Below are positions 35,649 to 47,980 of a stretch of 64,000 nt of DNA, in pieces (the first letter of the stretch is position 1; each line of letters starts with the position of its first letter). The DNA is taken from positions 208,196,001 through 208,260,000 of the forward strand of contig OZ024742.1 of the NCBI GenBank assembly GCA_964016885.1. The letters run 5' to 3'. The translations under genes and the position numbers were made by a program. The stretch comes from Eledone cirrhosa. Taxonomy: Eukaryota. The notes under the pieces are model-generated. The model made no database searches, had not been told where the DNA came from, and saw only the letters and a list, made by a program, of their open reading frames with translations.

Positions 35649-38600
35649 TATATACAGTAATAATAAATACAAAGAGACCAATATATATAAGAGATGTGAC
35701 TCAATTATTTGATAGCACGGCAATTACACAAACAAATTTTATATAGAAGTCCAGAAAAGACAAGCCGAATAACTATGCTGCAATAAAACCAACATATATA
35801 CCAAAAACTTAACAGATTCAAAATATTTGAAACCAGTTTATGTAACATACTGTAACAGTGATAATAGTCGAGATTGCATAATAGGAAAGAATATTATCCG
35901 TTTTTGACATCCGTTTTAAGACGTAATATTGCGATGTCAGAGCATTTGGATGTTAATATCTACTTTGTCATCAGGCATACAATCCGGTATATATTATATA
36001 GCCATAAACTCTAATTGTGTATAAATTTACACACACACACACACACACACAGACTCACACACACATTAACACACAAAAACAACAGCAAATATAAGAGGAT
36101 TAATTGTGTATGTATTTGATTCTGTGTCTGTGTATGTACTGTATGTGAGAGAAATGCGTATATGCAAACGTATGATTAACTTAGGAGAGGAAATTATAAA
36201 AATGGAGAAATATTGATTGAAAGACAAAATATATATTATTTTTAAAATCAGTCTGAAGCGTTTAAGGCAATATAACCGGTTTTTGTATCTGTTTGTAGTC
36301 TCACAAAGTTTAGAAAATAGTATATCATAGCTGTTATATAGCGCATTTGACCAGGGAGCCTCACTCCTTCGAACTCTCGTTTATGAAAGTACGTAATATA
36401 TATCAGATAGTCTGACCAGTTTAATTGTACGGTAATAAACTAAACATTTCAATCTAAATGATATAGTTTATATCAATACTTGTTTCCAATCTCACTAAAG
36501 GAACTAAAATGAGAGTTGGTGTTAAAGATATATCATATGCTTTGGTTATGAACTAATCTTTCAAGTGAATAAGTTGAAATTTACTTTCTATATTAAACTT
36601 TTATCCTTTCAAAGCGACTAAGGAAACATATGTGCCTCCCTCTTCTCTTTTGAAGATTTTCAATTTCATAAACATAAGTAAGTTTGTATTTAAATGTCTT
36701 AGACGACACCCCTAAAAGGGTCATCGAATTGATTCGCAAAGATTCACTCATCAACACCAGCAGTTGCATATATATTTGTTGTTGCTACAGCTTACAGCTG
36801 CTTAGGTTTTTCCGGCCTTCTACGAAACTGTATCTCATAGAAGGTATGACGCTTCTTTTATTGATATGGGCCCCACTACTATCATATCAAGATTTTTCCG
36901 ATGATAAGAATCGGAAGGGATATCACAAGGCCAACGCTCTAACAGTTTCACCGATCCACCGACCTAGACTGCTAGTGTATTTAACAACCCCAAAAGGAAG
37001 AAAAGAAAAGTTAACACCAGGAATCCTCTCTACCGCTACCTCAACAACCTATTCTCCTCTGAATCAACTAGATTCATATCATTTCAATTAGAGGACTCTT
37101 GCTGTTTCATCAACTAAATTCCACGATGAACAAGTAAATTATTAAAATTTTATTGAACGGATTTTAACCGGAAATATAAAATCTACAAAGAAATGCAGGG
37201 TAACAGCCCAACACCATCGGTAATCACCATCATTTTAATTAATGTAATATTTTCTTCCTGAATCTGTACACTTTTCTTTACATATGGCTTCCTGCATCGA
37301 TCTCACAAATTCTGAAGGACGTTTCAAATTAATGTGATATGTTGCGCGTTTCTGATAAAATTATAAGGAAAGAAAAGAAAAAAGTCAAGTGAAAACCAAA
37401 TTTAGGTTTGTAAATAGGATCCGTATGATTTGGAGAATATTTCACCATTCTCAAGTTCCAAAGATATTTCATATCTTTATTTTCTTTTATATAGTGTTTA
37501 TACCGGTATCAGTTCTTTGTTTAAATATAAGGCTATAGCTTTGTTTAAAACTATCCGTGTGTGTTACTTGTTTATATATTTAGATGTTAACTTGGATATA
37601 ATATGTAGCATTGATCTTGATCTTCTTGCTTGTTTGTTAGTACATTTTTTTCTGTATTTTCGAATCAGGAGGAAGTGAGTACAATATGTTTATTCATTTT
37701 CTGGAATGTCTCCATACGAGTGCCACTAAGATTTTATGTTTGATATCATTCTGGAGTTATGTTCTAGTTATTTTCTCTCTAAATGTGGATGTTATCATCG
37801 AAACGACTTAGTGTCAAGTGACTGATTGATGACAATAACAACAATAATTGCAACAAACATTTACATACAGTACTCCCACCACCAAACCACCATTATCAAC
37901 CTACTCCTCTCCTCCCCCTTCTCATCCCCCTCCTCCTCATGCTACTACTACTACCACTACTACTACCACTACTACTACTACTACTACTACTGCTACTTCA
38001 GTAATATATAGTTATAAGTGTGGGTGGTGTTATAGGCTACAAACGCTATTACAATAAAAGTGTTTATTTAAGAAATAACAACAAAGCAGAAGTCAAAGTA
38101 TATTGCATTAGATAGTTTTATTTTTCGAATGCGAAAGCAGAGAATAATGACGATGACGGTTCTATCTGGCTGCTCGACCTATTAGAAATATGTCATAAAT
38201 TCCTTTCAAATCACCCCACTACATATTAGATGAAGACACAATTGACAATATCATCAAGGGCTCTCTAAAAATAGGAGAAAGACTGATTACACAATCAGGA
38301 TTAATTTTGGTCTAAACAACATCAGCAACGATAAATACATCAGTGCACAACATGGTAGCAAATTACAACTTTCTTTTATACAAATCCATATATCCATTAT
38401 TTTGAATTTTCAGACACCATAGAAGCAAACATTGAAATACTGCAAATCTAAGGCTGTGAGACAACCGAACTACTATTATCGAGATGGATTCTACCGAGTC
38501 ATTAGACTTGCTAGAGATAACAACTAAATTTTCCTCAAATTCCTCCAAGCAAATGGGTTATGGTTCAGGTAAGGGCTATGATTAGTGGTTAGAATTGGGG

Positions 38601-38898
38601 ATTGGGTTAAAATTTAGGGTTAATGTTAAGATTAGGGTTAGCGTTAATTTGGCATAATTTCTGATAGAAAGTGGGATTATTCATGTTTGAAATATCTTTG
38701 ATTATGTGCCTTTTCAATCATGGCTGACCCTGGAAGCTACAACAGCAACAATAGGTGGGATAAATGTAAGAACAAATAAGTGTGCCGTTACATGGCCGCG
38801 CAATCTCAAGTGGATAGTCACCAAAACTTCTTAAAAGTATTCATACCCATCCGTCTTATATAAGAACAGAATATATTAGATAACGAAAGGAACATTAC

Positions 38899-38969
38899 AG
38901 GGAATTGACTAGGATAGTCATAGCAAAAATATCCTGCACAATCAGGAGGACAACAATAACGGTTCCACA
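38899..38969 (-). CDS. Possible isolated 71-nt host exon (xWNRYCCPPDCAGYFCYDYPSQFP)
   Basis: TTTTTTTCGGTCTCAG acceptor and weak GTAATG donor around an open Cys-rich frame in non-repetitive DNA. No homology recognised. Confidence 0.2.
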
Positions 38970-39519
38970 CTGAGACCGAAAAAAAGTATATTTTAGTTGG
39001 ATACCCAATGTCCTGGAAACATCCCATCGTCTCGGAAACGAACACAACGCCATGCATAATGTATTAATAGATATAATTTAATACTGGCTGGTCTACATTG
39101 GAACACATTTGATTATAGCTCTATTTCATCAGATATGGATTAGAAATAAATGAAACCAACAATACATGGCTGACTACAATACGCATCTAGTCGCCAGAAA
39201 ATCGTCAAGGGTCAGAGTAAACTTTCAATATGGCCTATTTGAATAAAATCTAGAATTGGTGAATACGATTTTCCATTTTAGAAAACACACACACACACAC
39301 ACACGCGCGCACACACCCACACCCACACACACACACATACATACACACACACACACACGCATATATATATATATGGTGTGGGAATGATTTTAGATTATAA
39401 GCACGCTTAAACATTTTCTCTGCATATTGAATTGATAATACCAATTAATCGAAGTTTTTTGACTCACAATATGAGACATATATACATGCATTCATGAATA
39501 CATACATACATACGTACAT

Positions 39520-40276
39520 ATCGCGGTACTATCTACCTATGAGGCATGATGTAGTTGCCAAAACACAGTACAATGCAATTCGTAAAAAAGATAGCCCCGA
39601 TAAAAACACATTAAAAGCTACAGCAATGTGGAAGACATTCATGTACATAATATGAAAGAGTACTGGTGGAATGTTCCAGTAAAAACCCCAATAAAATGCA
39701 GGCATAACAGACCAGATATTATGATATGGAGCAGGGAGAAGAAGACATGCACAGTAGCGGAAATTAGCTGACCAGCAGATGCCAATATAATATCAAAGAT
39801 TAGTGAAAAGGAGAATATTTATGCAGAACTGATGAGAAATCTGCAGATACTCCACCCTGATTACACCTTCAGATTTATGCCTGTGATTATTGGGGCCCTG
39901 GGGTATGTTAGTAACTGCCTCAATACAAATCTTGAGAAGCTAGGCTTCACAGGAACAGAAAGAACACAACTAGTTAGGAAATTACAAGTACAATCCATTA
40001 ATGGAGCAGTAAAAAATATGTAAGACATTCCCAAAATTTTGCAATTTATAACTGCATATAGACATATACAGATGCAAAGCATATACACATGCTCACATAC
40101 AACTCAAAACATACACATCCACACATACAATAACATCCATATCCACACATGCATGCATACATACATACTTATCTAGTTGATGTTGTGTAAATTCCAATGA
40201 GAGAGTCTTGTGTCTATGTTAGAAACCGACTCTCGCTCTATTGGTAAAACTTCATTAAATTATAAAACTAGAAGAA
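39520..40276 (+). mobile_element. RLE (R4/NeSL-type) element 3' fragment, family D3 copy 1, in (CATA)n
   Basis: YYLPMRHD, HNRPDI, KENIYAELMRNL..PVIIGALG. Ends AGAAGAA then CATA. Confidence 0.88.
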
Positions 40277-40290
40277 CATAGATACATACA

Positions 40291-40898
40291 TGGTGGCTGC
40301 CAACTCGTTTTCGAGTACGGCCACTACTTTATATCCATGTAGGAGAACCCCTACCGATGCGCTGAACGAGTGTGACTTTTTAGTCCAGCCAGCGACTTGA
40401 AAACTCTGGTACAAACACTACACTTGTGACAATTACTGACACATAGTGCTGGGCCCATGGTACCATGTGACGACAAGTGCACAGAGATCTCCAGATATAA
40501 ACCAATGCCTGTGCCGTGAAGCTTTTATAGTGAGCAAAGGCACTGCACAAAGCCAGTCCCACTCTCTTAACCAAAATGATATTCACCAAAAAAAAGAACA
40601 AGTCAACATAATTGGATACCATCAGGGTTGCAGGTGTTATATCAGAGTTTTCCTTCTCCTAGAATTCTGCCTTGACAAAGGCTAAGGGGTCATCTCTCTC
40701 GGTGGTTTTGTATGGCCATTGAGTCTTAAGAGCTATTTTGCACTTTGACAGGTTTTGCTTTTAGTCCTGCAGGATGTCCAAAGTCATCCTCCTCACCAAA
40801 AAACCTTGGTGGAGTTGCCAGTTTAGTCACCAACGACCCGACCATGAGACAGATTGTACTGGGATACATGTTACCAGTAGCAGCAACTGGTGACCTGG
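40291..40898 (-). mobile_element. ~610-bp non-coding RTE-derived non-autonomous element, copy 1
   Basis: Reverse complement of 40810-40898 matches the 5' start of the RTE at 21783. A near-identical copy lies at 43316-43922. CATA repeats on both sides. Confidence 0.72.
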
Positions 40899-41014
40899 CA
40901 TACATACATACATAAAGACATGCATACATACATACATACATACATACATACATACATACATACATACATACATACATACATACATACATACATACATACA
41001 TACATACATACATA
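40899..41014. repeat. (CATA)n microsatellite
   Basis: Direct reading. Confidence 0.98.
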
Positions 41015-42430
41015 AAGAAAGATTCAGTCATCGGAACTCTCTGCGCAAAACAAAACAGTGGCTCACAATGTGTTTGCTGTGCCTGTCCTAACACCAACGT
41101 TTGGAATACTCAATTGGACGATAGACGAAATACAAGCATGTGATGTTAAAACTCGAAAAATCTTAAACAACACCGGAAACTTTCACATCGTATGTGACAT
41201 AGACCGCCTTTACTTGAAACGTAAGCGTAGGTGCCCGTCTCTCCAGCAAGTCTATCTGCATGAAATAGATAAGATCATGAGAGTTAGGAAGGAACTCCTC
41301 GGGAGATATTCCCTGTGTGATAATCAAAATCGCACACCCAGGGAAGTCGTTCAGCAGTATCGCAGTGAATCCATGGGTTAAAAACTGCATGCATATCAGC
41401 AAAAAATCATGCATGGATATGTTGACAGGAAGACCCAGAGTGAAAATAATATAGATAAGGAAAGTAGTCTATCTTGGACCAACAACCGCTATATTGGCTC
41501 CCACTTCGAAGGATACGCTTTTAAAATCCAAGTACAGGAAATTAACATCTGTCTCAAAAGAGATATGGATGCAGACAAAACACCTAGATGTGATAACAAG
41601 TACAGACTCTGAAGAATTAACATCGAAGATGTCATCTATGTCATCAGCAGCTGCCCAAAGATGCCATCGCGGTACTATCTACCTATGAGGCATGATGTAG
41701 TGGCCCAAACACTGTACAATGCAATCCGTAGAAAAGATAGCCCCGATAGTAAACACATTAAAATCTACAGCAATGTGGAAGACATCCATGTACATAATAT
41801 GAAAGAGTACTGGTGGAATGTTCCAGTAAAAACCCCAATAAAATGCAGGCATCACAGACCAGATGATATCATATGGGACAAGGAAAAAAGCATGCACAGT
41901 AGTGGAAATTAGCTGCCCAGCAAATGCCAATATAATAGCAAAGATTAGCGAAAAGGAAAATATTTATGCAGAACTGATGAGAAATCTGCAGATACTCCAC
42001 CCTGATTACACCTTCAGATTTATGCCTGTGATTATTGGGGCACTGGGGTATGTTAGTAACTGCTTCAATACAAATCTTGAGAAGCTGGGATTCACAGAAA
42101 CAGAAAGAACACAACTAGTTAGGAAATTACAAGTACAATCCATTAATGGAACAGTAAAAATATGTAAAACATTCCAAATATTGTGCATCTAATAATTGCA
42201 TATACACATTTACTGATACAAAGCCTATACATATGCACACATACAACTCAAACATACACATACACACATACGATAACATCCATATCTACACATGCACACA
42301 TGCAGTCATGCATACATAATCTACCTGGTTGATGCTGTGTAAATTCCAATGAGAGCGTCCTGTGTCTATGTTAGAAACCGACTCTCTCTCTCTATTGGTA
42401 AAACTTTGTGAAATTATAAAACCAGAAGAA
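41015..42430 (+). mobile_element. RLE element family D3 copy 2 (longest, 5'-truncated, degraded)
   Basis: AHNVFAVPVLTPTFGILNWT..DVKTRKIL..DIDRLYLKR, RHD, RPD, VVEISCP. Same 3' end as copies 1 and 3. Confidence 0.9.
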
Positions 42431-42577
42431 CATACATACATAAATACATACATACATGCATACATAAATACATACACACACACACATTCATGCATACATA
42501 CATGCTTAAATACATACATGCTTATATACATACATGCTTAAATAAATAGATCCATACATACAAACATATATGACGAT

Positions 42578-43011
42578 GGCTGCCCCCTCGTAATCTAGTA
42601 TAGCAATTGCCCGATATAACATTTGCCTTTCATCCTTACGGGGTCGATAAAATAAAGTACCAGTAATGTACTGGGTAATTTGCTGGTCTTGTGCCAATAG
42701 TAGAAACAATTATTGATACCTATCAAGTAATACTATCGTGCAATGCCTGTGCGAATATTTCTTTTTAAACTGATGAAAGACTGTGCACTGAGCCAATCCC
42801 ACTCTCTGAGCGACACCAGCTATAACCCGAAATGAAGAAAAGATAAACATCGTCGGTAACTACTGAGCTGCAGGTTTTATATCGGAGTTATCCCAGTTTC
42901 CTAAGTTGCCTTACCCTTGAAGAATGCCCGGACAAGGGTTAGCGGCTCTTCACTCCTAGTAGATTAACCGCGCGATCGGGTATCCAGCCGGATAATTTCC
43001 ATGGCTCCGTG
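42578..43011 (-). mobile_element. Diverged relative of the RTE-derived element, interrupted by a SINE 3' half (42622-42710, +)
   Basis: TGGCTGCC..CTCGT end, plus GCAATGCCTGTGC, CCCACTCTC and TGCAGGTTTTATATC blocks shared with 40291-40898. Confidence 0.6.
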
Positions 43012-43107
43012 CATATACATACACATACATACATGTATATAAATGTATACATATTTTTATATATATATATACATACACATGCATACATGTATATACATAT
43101 TTACACA

Positions 43108-43300
43108 TTTTTGGATGGCCGTGGGCTCTTATGGGCTCTTCCGCCTTTTGTCAGGTTTTGTTTTTTGTCCTGCAGGGTGTCCTAAATCACCATCCTCATC
43201 AAATAAAGTTGGTGGAGTTTCCAGTTTAGTCCCCGACGACCCGATTATGCGACAGAATGTACTGGGTGACATGTTACCAATAGCACTCATGGGTGACCCT
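43108..43300 (-). mobile_element. Partial copy of the RTE-derived element (head only)
   Basis: Aligns to ~40705-40898. Confidence 0.75.
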
Positions 43301-43315
43301 ACATACATACATACA

Positions 43316-43922
43316 TGGTGGCTGCCAACTCGTTTTCGAGTACGGCCACTACTTTATATCCATGTAGGAGAACCCCTACCGATGCGCTGAACGAGTGTGA
43401 CATTTTAGTCCAGCCAGCGACTTGAAAACTCTGGTACAAATACTACACCTGTGACAATTATTGACACATAATGCTGGGCGCATGGTACCATGTGACGACA
43501 AGTGCACAGAGATCTCCAGATATAAAGCAATGCCTGTGCCGTGAAGCTTTTATAGTGAGCAAAGGAACTGCACAAAGCCAGTCCCTCTCTCTTAACCAAG
43601 GTGATATTTACTAAAAAGAAGAACAAGTCAACATCATTGGATACCATCAGGGTTGCAGGTTTTATATCAGAGTTTTCCTTCTCCTAGAATTCTGCCTTGA
43701 CAAGGCTAAGGGGTCATCTCTCCCGGTGATTTTGGATGGCCATTGACTCTTAAGAGCTCCTTTGCCCTTTGACAGGTTTCGTTTTTAATCCTACAGGATG
43801 TCCAAAGTCACCCTCCTCACCAAGAAACCTTGGTGGGGTTGCCAGTTTAGTCGCCAACGACCCGACTATGAGACAGGTTGTCCTGGTATACATGTTACCA
43901 ATAGCACCAATTGGTGACCTGA
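43316..43922 (-). mobile_element. RTE-derived non-autonomous element, copy 2
   Basis: Colinear with 40291-40898. CATA flanks. Confidence 0.75.
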
Positions 43923-44007
43923 CATACATACATGCATACATACATACATACATACATACATACATACATACATACATACATACATACATACATACATACA
44001 TACATAC

Positions 44008-44477
44008 AAAGATTAGCGAAAAGGAGAATATTTATGCAGAACTGGTAAGAAATCTGCAGATACTCCACCCTGATTACACCTCCAGATGTATGCCTATGCT
44101 TATTGGGGCACTGGGGTATGTTAGTAACTGCCTCAATACAAATCTTGAGAAGCTAGGCTTCACAGGAACAGTAATACCACAACTAGTTAGGGAATTAGAA
44201 GTACAATCCATTAATGGGACATTAAAAATATGTAAAACGTTCCAAAAAGGTTGCATCTAATAACTGCATATACACATGTACCGATACAAAGCATGCACAC
44301 ATACAACTCAAAACATCCACATCCACACATACAATAACATCCACATCTACACATGCATGCATACATAATCTACCTAGTTGATTTTATGTAAATTCCAATG
44401 AGAGAGTCTTGTGTCTATGTTAGAAACCGACTCGCTCTCTATAGGCAAAAATTTGTGAAATTATAAAACCAGAAGAA
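44008..44477 (+). mobile_element. RLE element family D3 copy 3 (short 3' fragment)
   Basis: KISEKENIYAELVRNL...KICKTF*, with the same 3'UTR. Starts inside (CATA)n. Confidence 0.88.
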
Positions 44478-44904
44478 CATACAAACATACGTACATGTAT
44501 ATATGAGAATGTATACATGTCTTTACTACTTCTCGTCTATCGGAGCTATCTCTGTCTAAATGAACCATAAATGTCACTTCAAATCGGTAGGGATGTACTT
44601 GAGTTTCTTAAGGCGGAGTACGTGATAATAAATAACCAGTGTTTCTTGTGACTATCTTCTGAAGCATCATGGACATTCCTGGAATTGGCAAGGAAAGCAG
44701 AATTACAAACCATTTAATAGTATCATAAAACTGAAAATTCGTAAAATACATTGTTTGACGCATTTCTCAAATATAAGGAGGCAACTGTCAAAGTACAACA
44801 ATAATAATAATAATATATACAATGTAGTATTTTTATTCATATTCATTGGCATAATGCTGATCTTATTACCATTGGAGTATTTAATTGACTCTCTATAAAG
44901 TTAT

Positions 44905-45395
44905 GTAGCCTCAGAAAGACAATAATTTCCGCAGGATATTTCCTGTTCACAAAAGTGGTGTTTTCTGCTGGGGCTGATTCCAATAATATCAAGGTCTTTC
45001 TGGAGGTTCTCTGTCACCAACCCAAGTGCTTAAATCACAGATTTACCTTCATATTCCGCAGCCTTTCGATATCTGTTCTCATGGCTACACACTTTATGAT
45101 TTTCTGGTTTCAGTACCTTTTTCTCCGCCAGTTATATCTGACTTTGTAGTTTTAAGAACTGTATCTATTTGCATTGTAATGTGGCACAAGAGTTTCAAAG
45201 TCTGATCTTTTTAGACCATGTTTGGTTTATACTGAAACATTTTCTCAATGGTTGCAGACCCATATTTCTTGCATAAAGACTAATGGAGTTTTAAGCACCA
45301 TTTATCGTGACGTCTTTTATATTCTCCCCGTGCAAACATGCGACATATTCTGATAGTGTGTGTTAACCGTCTTCCCACATAACCTGCACTTACTC
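44905..45395 (-). mobile_element. Old R4/Dong-like 3' fragment
   Basis: Minus strand gives CRLCGK, EYKRRHDK, LCKKYG, ALGLVTENLQKDL and GNILRKLL remnants. Confidence 0.7.
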
Positions 45396-46426
45396 GTTTC
45401 ACTTAGATTATACATATTCCTTATTGCGTTTATGTTTAGCACTTGATTTTGAGCAGCTATTAATAAACTTATTGTCTGTCGTAAGATCACATTTTATCAA
45501 CCAATTCAAGGAATACGACGACGATGGCAAAATGTTAATGTCGATAGAGCGACGTAGATAATCTTGAGGTGTGTATTCCAGTTTGCTGCTAATGTCTTTG
45601 TTTTGACTTATTATTTCATAAAATAATACACAAGTCAATGGAGGAGGCTTGGAGGAATTGCCAAGGGGTAGGTCGTGATGTTTGGCTGTTTTCTTTTCGG
45701 CAATTTGTGTGCCGCATTTTTATTTCCACTAGAGATGCAAATCCCAAGATGCTCAGGGTCAAGTCACGATCACGGAACAATATCTTTCCATGAAACTACA
45801 TGGGTGGAAGACGATTGTGCCCCTCTCTTACTGTTGTCGAACGATGATAATGTCATGCAGCAAACATATAGAGTGCATAATACCACCGCCTATATGCTAC
45901 AAAAACACGTGACAGATTACACAGAGATACAGAAGCAAGTCTGTCTCATAGAGTTTCCCAAGCTCCAAAACATATACAGCAAAGTAACTGAATGCAACAA
46001 TATAAGCAATGGAAGCATATATGAATTCTATAGAAGAATCCTGTTATGCCTAATTGTGAAGTTACCACCAGAGAGCTAACTGTAATGGGCAATTTAGTTT
46101 GAAGGCTTTGTCAACTGTTACATCACAAAGTCTATGAAGGATTACCAATTACTGATATTTTATCCGGCTGGAAGAGACTCTATGCTCTTGGCCACTTACA
46201 ACAATATTTACAATTCGAAATAATTGAGACAAAATGTTAAGCAAAAAAAAAAAGCCCTCTAAAAATTGTAACACTCTCATGGTGGTAAGAGAGTAGAGCT
46301 TGTATCATATCAAAGTTTCCACCGTCATCAAATAAATTGCTTTGAAAATGTTGACTACCTCTTCATATTGTAATCAATCATCATGTGTGTGAAGAAGCGG
46401 GTAACAAGCATTATTTGATAAGTATT

Positions 46427-46610
46427 GGCGGTGGATTGGCAGTATCGGTAGAGGGTCGGACGCCATGCTTTCCAGCATAGTTACGTCCCTTTACGATCTG
46501 AGTTCAAATCCCGCCGAGGTTGACTTTGCCTTTCATCCTTACGGGGTCGATAAAATAAAGTACCAGTAATGCACTGGGTAATTGCTGGCTTTGTGCCTAA
46601 AGTAGAAACA
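46427..46610 (+). mobile_element. Full-length tRNA-headed SINE with a 17-bp target-site duplication
   Basis: ATTATTTGATAAGTATT at 46410-46426 and 46611-46627. A/B-box-like motifs. Core GCCTTTCATCCTTACGGGGTCGATAAAATAAAGTACCAG. Confidence 0.95.
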
Positions 46611-47144
46611 ATTATTTGATAAGTATTTGAAGAAATTTTACTTCAATTTTGTTGAAATTACATTTCTCCAATCAGACATTATGTAAACATCTATACAAGA
46701 TGTTTCTCTACGTCATTTTAACCTTCCTTGTTCTTCAATAAATTTCTTGCTATATTTTCTTCTCACAAATATGTTTTTCCAGATAAAATCTAGATATCAA
46801 TTTATTGGAAATCGGTCGTGATGGATAGCTTTAGTTATTGCTATATAAACAACTCTTTCTTGCATTATATAAAAGGTGGAGATGGCGAATTGCTCTCTAA
46901 TTTAAGTGTTTCAAATTATTAGTCATGGCCTTTTCATTTTCCTGTATTTGGAGGACAAATATTTGTGAGGATAAGGTCAGAAATACTTTTTCTTTTTTAA
47001 GAAAATAAAAATAATAATTCTGTCTATGAAGTATTATATAGAGAAGTTGATAATAAAGACTACAAACTTATTTCAAAAAGTTTCAATTGAAATAAATTCT
47101 AGATTAAACTACATATAATATCAAAAATAATATTCTTCGCTCAT

Positions 47145-47980
47145 TTATTCATGAGAAGGTCGTAAGGGCACACTCCTCAAACACTCATTCCAGCGAACCC
47201 TGTCAGAAGCAACCGTCTTTAACTGATCCAGCTGGATCCCCAAGCGAAACTAGCCACGATATTGTCTAACCATCTTGCTTGGGGTCTAGCCCTGCGTCTC
47301 CTGCCGGCGTGTTCTACCCGTAAAATATGTCCAGCGATTTTTCCTGAGGCATTCTAACCACATGCCCATAGTATCGGAGCTGAGATCTCTCAATTTGGGG
47401 AAGTGGTTCTACGAGGACTGACTCTCTGATCTCCGAGCTACGCACTCTATCGAATAACATTACTCCAAAGACCCTTCGGAGGAATCCAGTTTCGGCCGCT
47501 TTTATTCGCGATCGTATTCGATTCATGACCATAGGAAAGGGTTGGCACGAATACCGAATTGAAGATAACGAGCTTGGCGTTTAGGCCTACCTCCCTTCTT
47601 CTGATTACTAAACAATGACGCTCGCACATTACTGCACCAGCTTCTACAGTTCTTGCACTTAATTAAGCCTCCTGCATTCCATCATTCAAGAACACGGCCC
47701 CGAGATATTTCAACTTCTCTTTCTGTTTCTGGGGAACTTAATTTACATGTAGACTGCACTGCGCAGGCTTCCTTGAAAATATGAGCGTCTCAGCATTGAC
47801 ATGCGCAGCCGGGTTGGAAGTGGTAACATGGCTGGTGGGTAGAAAATCAGTCCGCTGGAATGTGCAGACGACATGGTGGTACTTAACTTGACAGAAGGTG
47901 ATCTTCGATTGATGCCGGAACGAATTGTCGGAACGAAAATCGGTGCTGCGAAAACTCAGACGCTCGTTCTCTCAAGGAAA
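47145..47980 (-). mobile_element. RTE (Expander/Rex3-like) 3' fragment with an inverted 5' segment (47810-47980, +)
   Basis: Minus strand: KYLG, FVPTLSYGHE, IKAAETGFLRR, SQLRYYGHVVRMP. Plus strand: ECADDMVV...TLVLSRK. Confidence 0.8.

Noticed and set aside
38560-38645. Degenerate TTAGGG-like repeats (also CCCTAA x2 at ~17466-17482)
   Set aside because: Too short and degenerate to call an interstitial telomere.
45675-46079. 134-aa ORF in unique-looking sequence
   Set aside because: No recognisable domain or convincing splice context.
46427-46515. tRNA gene
   Set aside because: A/B-box-like motifs only. It is the head of a multi-copy SINE with a TSD, and I could not fold a full cloverleaf.
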